Shown here: piece by piece, positions 58,414 through 64,000 of the stretch | Layout: each line of letters opens with the position of its first letter | Position numbering within the stretch: the first letter of the stretch is position 1 | DNA from: Myxococcota bacterium | GTDB lineage: Bacteria; Myxococcota_A; UBA9160; UBA4427 | Assembly (NCBI GenBank): GCA_965250285.1 | Contig: OZ252299.1 | Location: 1,664,001-1,728,000 of the forward strand | Direction: 5' to 3' | Length of the DNA: 64,000 nucleotides | Program-made: the position numbers and the translations under genes | The notes under the pieces: generated by a model | What the model saw: only the letters and a program-made list of their open reading frames with translations | Database searches by the model: none | Told to the model about the DNA's origin: nothing

Positions 58414-59497
58414 CTGCGTGCATGCCTCCGCTGGGCGGCCCGAACACTTCCTCGCGAATCAGGAAGTCCGCGATCTTTCGGTGCCCCTGTCGGTTGGGAT
58501 GGTTCCAGTCGAGCTTGTCGCCCTTGTCGTAGACGAAGAATTCGCCGAGCCCGTTCGCTGCGCGGGAGGCATCCGCGGAAGAGGCATCCACGAACGCGCC
58601 CATCGCGTCGATGGTTCGGAGTTGCGGGTCCAGGTAGATCTCGAGCACGGCCTGTGAGCGACCCGTGAGGAAGCCGTCCTCCCACTCGACTCCGAGCTCC
58701 CCATACGTCTCGGCGGCATCGCTCGAGATCTGCATCTCGTACGGGAGCAGGACGACCACGAGCTCGACGCCGAGCTCGTCTAGGCGGTTGCCGAGCTGGT
58801 TGATGCGGGACGCCGTTTCGCGGAACACCGCATCGTGCTCCGACGGCGCGAACTCGAACGCGGCGTAGCCGCGCCACCCAGTGCCACCGACCGCAAGCGC
58901 CGACTTCACCAGGTTGCGTAGCCACGTGTAGACGTAGCTCTTGCCGCGCAGCCAATCGAGGTTCCGTCGCAAGAAGCCGATCCCGTGCGTGACGGTCGTC
59001 TTGCTCTCACCGCTCACCGCCTGGTCGGGCAGGATGTCGTTCAGATTGAAGAGGTAGATCACCTTCTCGAGGTCGTATCGAGTGGCGAGCCGCTCGAAGT
59101 AGGCCATCGACGACGCGCTCGCCGAGAGATCCACGCCGCCGAAGTTCATGTGCTCATACTCGGGATACGCCGCTTCGAGGTGCTCACTCACGCGATGCCC
59201 GTATCCGGCTCCGGTGCCGAAGGTGACGGAGTCGCCCACGTGGCCGATACGACGGGGGTTCGAGAGGTCGAATTCTTTGTCGGAAAAGCCGTCGCTGTTC
59301 ATGTAGATCGTGCCGTACGGGAACACGAGCTCGTCGGACTCGCCCTTCACCGACATGTAGTAGCCGGGGTTGTACGGGATCAGGACGCGCAGGGCGATCT
59401 CCGCTGAGACGAAGAGGACGACGAAGATCCCGACGTTGACGGCCAGCAGGGCAACGAGCGGATGCCTCGCGAACCACGGCCGATCCGTCGCCACCAT
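58388..59497 (-). CDS. Membrane-anchored SGNH protein
   Basis: AAGGAG SD; TM, NSDGF, GDSVTFG, LND, DWNHPN. Confidence 0.83.
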   Translation of the reverse strand: MVATDRPWFARHPLVALLAVNVGIFVVLFVSAEIALRVLIPYNPGYYMSVKGESDELVFPYGTIYMNSDGFSDKEFDLSNPRRIGHVGDSVTFGTGAGYGHRVSEHLEAAYPEYEHMNFGGVDLSASASSMAYFERLATRYDLEKVIYLFNLNDILPDQAVSGESKTTVTHGIGFLRRNLDWLRGKSYVYTWLRNLVKSALAVGGTGWRGYAAFEFAPSEHDAVFRETASRINQLGNRLDELGVELVVVLLPYEMQISSDAAETYGELGVEWEDGFLTGRSQAVLEIYLDPQLRTIDAMGAFVDASSADASRAANGLGEFFVYDKGDKLDWNHPNRQGHRKIADFLIREEVFGPPSGGMHAGGPEGSDG

Positions 59498-59822
59498 GCC
59501 CATTCTCCTTCGGATCCCGCTCGTGATCGCGCGCCCGCGGCGCGACGGCGTTGAGGTGCAAGCGTCTTGCGTCAGGCCTGCTCGGCGCTCGCATCGCCGC
59601 CTTGGTAGTGGCCGTCCGGCGGTGTCAGGTGATGGGCGAAATGGGTGCGTGGCTTGCCGGTGCCGCCCCCGGTTGCCAGCACTCCCGTTCGCCGGATCCA
59701 GCGCACCTCGGCACCTCACGCCCGACAGCGCGGAGGGTAGCTCACCGCGCGTCCGACGAGAGGCGATTGGGCCACGAACGCGCGGACTTGTCCCGGATCC
59801 TGCGTGACGCAGAAGGCGCGCG

Positions 59823-60908
59823 TCAGCGCCGTTCGGAAGACTCGAGGCCGTGCGTGCTCGGCCCGCCCGCTTCGGCGTCGTGTGAAATCTCGGCCGCTTC
59901 GGCGTCAGCCTCGACGAGGACGACCGGCGCGAGCTCGCGGGCCACGACGGCATTGGCTCGCGCCGTGTTGTGTCCGTCCCAGGGAATGAACAAGCTTCGG
60001 CCATGCGCTTCGTAGGCGAGGCGCAGGGGCTCGAGGACGTCGATCAGGCTCAGGTCGAGCCGCTCGGCGAGATCGGCGAAACGCTCGTTGTACGCGCGAC
60101 CGGCCATGCTGCCGTCGACCTGATCGCGCCGAGGAAGAACCACGAACCAGAGCCCGAGGTTTCTTTCCCGCGCGTAGTCACGCATCTCGATGAGGTTTCG
60201 TTCGACGTCTTCCCACGAAGCGTCCACGACGGGATCCGGTTCACCCGATAGGATGCGAGACTCTCGCCCCGCTCCGGGGGTCGGACTCCACAACTCCTTG
60301 AGAGGGCCCCGCATACGCCAGATCGCGGTGAACAATGCGCTGCGCTTCAGCGCGTAGGCGATCTTGTGCGAATCGGTGTTCGTCACGACGAGCGGCTCAG
60401 GTTCGTCTTGATCGACGACGACGTCGTTCACATAGAGAGCAACGGCGACGCCATCGAGCTCGTAGCGCTCGTCGAGCCTGCGCAGCAGGCGTGTGAAGTG
60501 CCAGGGGCTGGAGCCGGATAGACCGGCGTTCAGCACTTCGAATCGGCGCGTAGGGTCGCTTCGCCCGAGTTCGACCTGGAGCTGGGCGGGCCAGGTCTCC
60601 TCGAGCGAGAGGCCGTCTCCCGCCGTTTGTGAATCTCCGAGCGCGAGGATGCGGACGGTGCCTTCGGGCCTCTCGAACGGAACTTCGGGTGCACGAATGC
60701 CAGCAGAGTTCGTTTCGAAGATCTCGTCGTGGGTGAAGCTGTGCTGGTCGGGTGCGAGCCGATAACCTAGCTCCGCGTCGTCGACGTAGTGCTCCTGCGG
60801 GTATCTCCAGAGCACGGGCGGACCCAGGATCAACCGAAGCGCGACCTCGCCGAACGCGGCCATGAAGATTAGGGTGAAGCACAGCAGAGCGAGGCGCGCC
60901 CAGAACAC
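59823..60908 (-). CDS. Membrane-anchored SGNH protein
   Basis: TM, NSAGIR, GDSQTAG, NAGLSG, VND, DGHNT. Confidence 0.85.
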   Translation of the reverse strand: MFWARLALLCFTLIFMAAFGEVALRLILGPPVLWRYPQEHYVDDAELGYRLAPDQHSFTHDEIFETNSAGIRAPEVPFERPEGTVRILALGDSQTAGDGLSLEETWPAQLQVELGRSDPTRRFEVLNAGLSGSSPWHFTRLLRRLDERYELDGVAVALYVNDVVVDQDEPEPLVVTNTDSHKIAYALKRSALFTAIWRMRGPLKELWSPTPGAGRESRILSGEPDPVVDASWEDVERNLIEMRDYARERNLGLWFVVLPRRDQVDGSMAGRAYNERFADLAERLDLSLIDVLEPLRLAYEAHGRSLFIPWDGHNTARANAVVARELAPVVLVEADAEAAEISHDAEAGGPSTHGLESSERR

Positions 60909-60921
60909 TCGTCGGTCTCCC

Positions 60922-62007
60922 TCAGTCTCGACCTTCGGCCACGCCCTGCCTCTTCGGTAGCGCGATGCGTCGGCTGAACGCCATCGAGGGCCGCTCCAGT
61001 ACCCACCATGCGAGCCAGGCGGCGACGGCACAGATCGCGATGCCGGCCCCAAAGATCGACGACGACAGCCACAGCGGGGCATCCTCGCCCACGACCCGAC
61101 CGGACAGCCGGACGAACCGCCAGCCGATCGTGGTGTGGAACAGGTAGAGGCTGTACGAGATGGCGCCCAGCCACTGAATCCCTCGTCCCGACAGGATCGT
61201 GGCCATCCCATCACGACGGTAGGACCACCAGATGAGCCCGCTGACGAAGATGGGCAGCGTCTGCTGCGGCGGTGCGCCCTCGTACCCGATCACCCCAACC
61301 AGGACCAGCCAGGTCGCGAGCAGCGCGCTCGGATGGACTCGGCCGCTCACCACCCACCAGAGGCAGACGCCGATGAAGAACTGGAACCACCGGATGATGG
61401 CGAGGCCTTGGGGCGCGGTCAGCCCGCCCACCTCGTAGCGCATGGCGATCGAGAGTCCGAAGAGCGCGGCGAGAACGACCCCCGACACCCACTCGATCAC
61501 GACGGGGCCGAGCAATCTCGATGCATGCTTGCGCAGGACCATGAGGATGACGAGGAACAGATAGAACTGAATCTCGAAGCACAGCGTCCAGAAGATCGAA
61601 ACGATGTCGCCGTAGCCCAAAAGGTTCTGCAGGTAGAAGACGTGAGCTATGACGTCCTGAATGCTCGGCAGCGGGACATCGGAGTACGAGAGGCGCAGGG
61701 CCACCGACTGGACAACGATCTCGAGGATGATCGCCGCCCAGTACGGGGGATCGAGCCGGATCGATCGGCGGATCGCGAAGAGACCCAGGTACCTGAGCGA
61801 TGGGTTCGCATCTCGCACGCTGAAGGCGATGACGAACCCGCTCAGCACGAAGAAGATGTCGACGCCGAGGAAGCCCTGCTTGAACAGCCAATCGAGCCAT
61901 TCGGGCAGCCACACGTCGAAGGTCATCCGCGCGGCGGAGTTCAGGTGGTAGAACACCACCGCGAGCGCGGCGACGCCGCGGAGTCCATCGATCGTCTTGA
62001 ACCGCAT
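60922..62007 (-). CDS. Acyltransferase family 3 (OafA/WecH-like)
   Basis: IDGLRGVAA..V..YH, GVDIFFVLSGF, FWTL..E.QFY, GAISYSLYLFH. Confidence 0.92.
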   Translation of the reverse strand: MRFKTIDGLRGVAALAVVFYHLNSAARMTFDVWLPEWLDWLFKQGFLGVDIFFVLSGFVIAFSVRDANPSLRYLGLFAIRRSIRLDPPYWAAIILEIVVQSVALRLSYSDVPLPSIQDVIAHVFYLQNLLGYGDIVSIFWTLCFEIQFYLFLVILMVLRKHASRLLGPVVIEWVSGVVLAALFGLSIAMRYEVGGLTAPQGLAIIRWFQFFIGVCLWWVVSGRVHPSALLATWLVLVGVIGYEGAPPQQTLPIFVSGLIWWSYRRDGMATILSGRGIQWLGAISYSLYLFHTTIGWRFVRLSGRVVGEDAPLWLSSSIFGAGIAICAVAAWLAWWVLERPSMAFSRRIALPKRQGVAEGRD

Positions 62008-62029
62008 CCGTCGGGCCCGTTCCCCTCGC

Positions 62030-63409
62030 CTACCGACCGAGCAGGCCGGACAACGCCGCGGGGCGGCGTGTGGGGGCCAGCACCGGGACAGTGGCGGGCT
62101 GCTCGGCGACCGCCGCGGGCGTGGCGAGCGACTGACTCAGCATCCTCGCTTCGAGGGCGGTTGCCTCACGAAGCGCGACGGTCATCGCGGTGAGGAGCCA
62201 GAACGTGGTGTAGTAGAGCGTCGAGAGGAACAGGCTGCAGAGCAGGAAGCCGATCAGGCTCGCCACCAGCGCGTTCGACCAAGCCTGGGCGTTTCGAACG
62301 TGCTGTAGCTGAGTGCGCTGCCGCGGGTCGAGCTTTCCGCGGGCGGTGCGGCCGACCCTCGCATCGACACGTCGAGAGAGGCGCGTGACCCAGCGCGCAT
62401 CCCTCCAGTTGAAGTACAGAATGCCGAACCACATCAGGACACCGGTGCTTCCCATCTCCGACAGCAGCTCGAAGTACAGGGAGTGCGTCACGTGCATCGC
62501 CGTCCCGATGCTCTGCTCGGCCACGGTCTTGTAGGCGTTCATCTCCCAGATGAAGTTGCCTGGTCCCACGCCAAGGATCGGGTGGTCGAGCCACATCCGA
62601 ACAGCCAGGCCCCAGAGCTTCAGTCGAGCGTCGGCAGTCCCTTCGCTCGTGTCTCCAATCGTGCGGACCTCGTCGAGATACGACGACGGAACGAAGAACA
62701 GAAAGATGCCGATCGCGACCACCGCTCCCAGCAGGCTCACGATGCGTCCGGGAGACTTCCACCAGCAATAGGCGGCGACGCCCACCAGCCCCACGAACCC
62801 GCCGCGGGACGAGCCGAGCACGATGGCCGCGACGAACAGCGCGATGGCGGCGTAGAGCGCCGCCTTGAGAGCGACGTTCTTCACGGTCAGGGCGCCGAAG
62901 AAGGCGAAGGCGATGGCGATCGTCATGAACAGCGCCGTGTAGTTCTCGTCGACACCATGGGCGGCGCCGCCCGGCCCATTGCCGCCGTTCTGCAATGCGA
63001 TGACCGCCATGTACACGAAGATGGCCGTCCAGACCCGCGCGACGACCTCGAACCGATGCGAGGTGTCGATGAAGTGGGCGATGGGGATGGCGATGGCCAG
63101 CACCGCGACGCCGACCTCGCGGGTCACCATCGTCGCCGAGAACGCGTTCTCGGCGAATGGAATCGAGAGTGCCATCTGCCCGACGAAGAGCATCATCAGC
63201 ACGATCTGCGGGTTCCAGCGCTTGGTCGGGCTGAACGCCCAGCCCGCAATGAAGGCCACCGAGATGAGCAATGGAACCTTCATCGGGTTGGGCGGTCGCC
63301 CGTACTCCAGGGCGAGCCACACGATGAACATGGCAACGGGCAGACCGATGCTGTCGGGTGCCGCGAGCGGGCGGCGGGTTCGCGGCTTCGCGGGCCGGGG
63401 CGCAGTCAC
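62030..63409 (-). CDS. O-antigen ligase/Wzy_C family polymerase (exosortase-locus type)
   Basis: DEN, SRGG, R..LW, PILGVGPGNF, HSLYFELLSEMG. Confidence 0.88.
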   Translation of the reverse strand: MTAPRPAKPRTRRPLAAPDSIGLPVAMFIVWLALEYGRPPNPMKVPLLISVAFIAGWAFSPTKRWNPQIVLMMLFVGQMALSIPFAENAFSATMVTREVGVAVLAIAIPIAHFIDTSHRFEVVARVWTAIFVYMAVIALQNGGNGPGGAAHGVDENYTALFMTIAIAFAFFGALTVKNVALKAALYAAIALFVAAIVLGSSRGGFVGLVGVAAYCWWKSPGRIVSLLGAVVAIGIFLFFVPSSYLDEVRTIGDTSEGTADARLKLWGLAVRMWLDHPILGVGPGNFIWEMNAYKTVAEQSIGTAMHVTHSLYFELLSEMGSTGVLMWFGILYFNWRDARWVTRLSRRVDARVGRTARGKLDPRQRTQLQHVRNAQAWSNALVASLIGFLLCSLFLSTLYYTTFWLLTAMTVALREATALEARMLSQSLATPAAVAEQPATVPVLAPTRRPAALSGLLGR

Positions 63410-64000
63410 CGGCGTGCTCGCGGGATGTCGGGGGCTGCGTCGACGTGTGCGACCCCCGCATCAGCGCCCGCCTCGACCGTGGTCCGCATCGGATCGCTCA
63501 CACGGCATGCGCCTCGCGAGCTGCGTACCGCACGCGATTCGCGAACGCCGCGCAGGCCCCCGGATGTGCTCGACCTCTCTGCGGACTCGGACATCTCGAA
63601 CTCTCGGACGCGACTCGAAGCGGCGGCCTCGGTCGGCAATCTAGGGCACGCGGGGTCTGGGCTCCAATCGGCCGAACGCGCCCCGGTCGCGACACCAGTC
63701 GGTGCGGAAGCGTTAGGCGCACGCTGAAAAACCCTGGTGTGATCGCTTCCGTAGGTGCCCATTCGTGACACGCAGGTGGCGCGATCGAGTGGCCTCCAGG
63801 AGACCCCCGCAGTACTCTGTCGCCGCCGACCGCCGACGTCTCTCGATCTGAGCCTCGAAGGGTGTGCGCACGGATCGCGTGCGAGACCCGCTTGGTGCCG
63901 TTGCGTGGCGCGTCCACATCCGCGCGGGTCAGAGTACCGGGAGTCGCTTCATGCAGATCGGATCGATCGCGAGGCAGGGGCGCGGACTAGCCTGTCACAT

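Noticed and set aside
63406..63771. 121-aa ORF upstream of the Wzy/ligase gene
   Set aside because: The stop overlaps the next start, but there are no motifs and no convincing SD; cannot be supported.
1..64000. tRNA/rRNA genes, IS elements, prophage, defence systems
   Set aside because: None recognised by eye; tRNAscan-SE, Infernal and mobile-element searches were not run.

Overview
GC-rich bacterial chromosomal window; the gene content suggests Myxococcota or a related former delta-proteobacterium (inference only). It probably spans the replication terminus: a dif (XerC/XerD) site lies at 32616-32643, and the KOPS octamers I found by eye reverse polarity across it. The housekeeping core holds mutL, miaA, der, a yfgM-like gene, SRAP, a UDP-sugar pyrophosphorylase, Slt, queA, tgt, an MCP and a ROK kinase. 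Two halves of a PEP-CTERM/exosortase-type exopolysaccharide system flank it. The left half encodes a CAAX protease, UXS, a UbiA-HAD/DprE1/DprE2 arabinofuranose module, carbamoyltransferase-SxtJ-DUF5989, GT2, DegT, a priming sugar transferase, a FemAB-like protein, Wzc modules, an ATPase, EpsI and Wza. The right half encodes a deacetylase, VanZ, GTs, four SGNH proteins, an acyltransferase-3 and a Wzy/ligase. Main observations: (1) The DUF5989 microprotein has DltX-like topology and ends in FIYTLF, which suggests an MBOAT-free carbamoyl relay to SGNH proteins. (2) A full-length exosortase homologue lacks the catalytic Cys/Arg/His and probably starts at CTG. (3) The priming glycosyltransferase is frameshifted in a G7 tract. 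(4) There is a His-less Hpt protein and a degenerate sigma54-activator. (5) A histone-H1-like/FYDLN fusion lies near dif. (6) There are three short direct duplications. All family calls come from motif recognition by eye; no searches were run.
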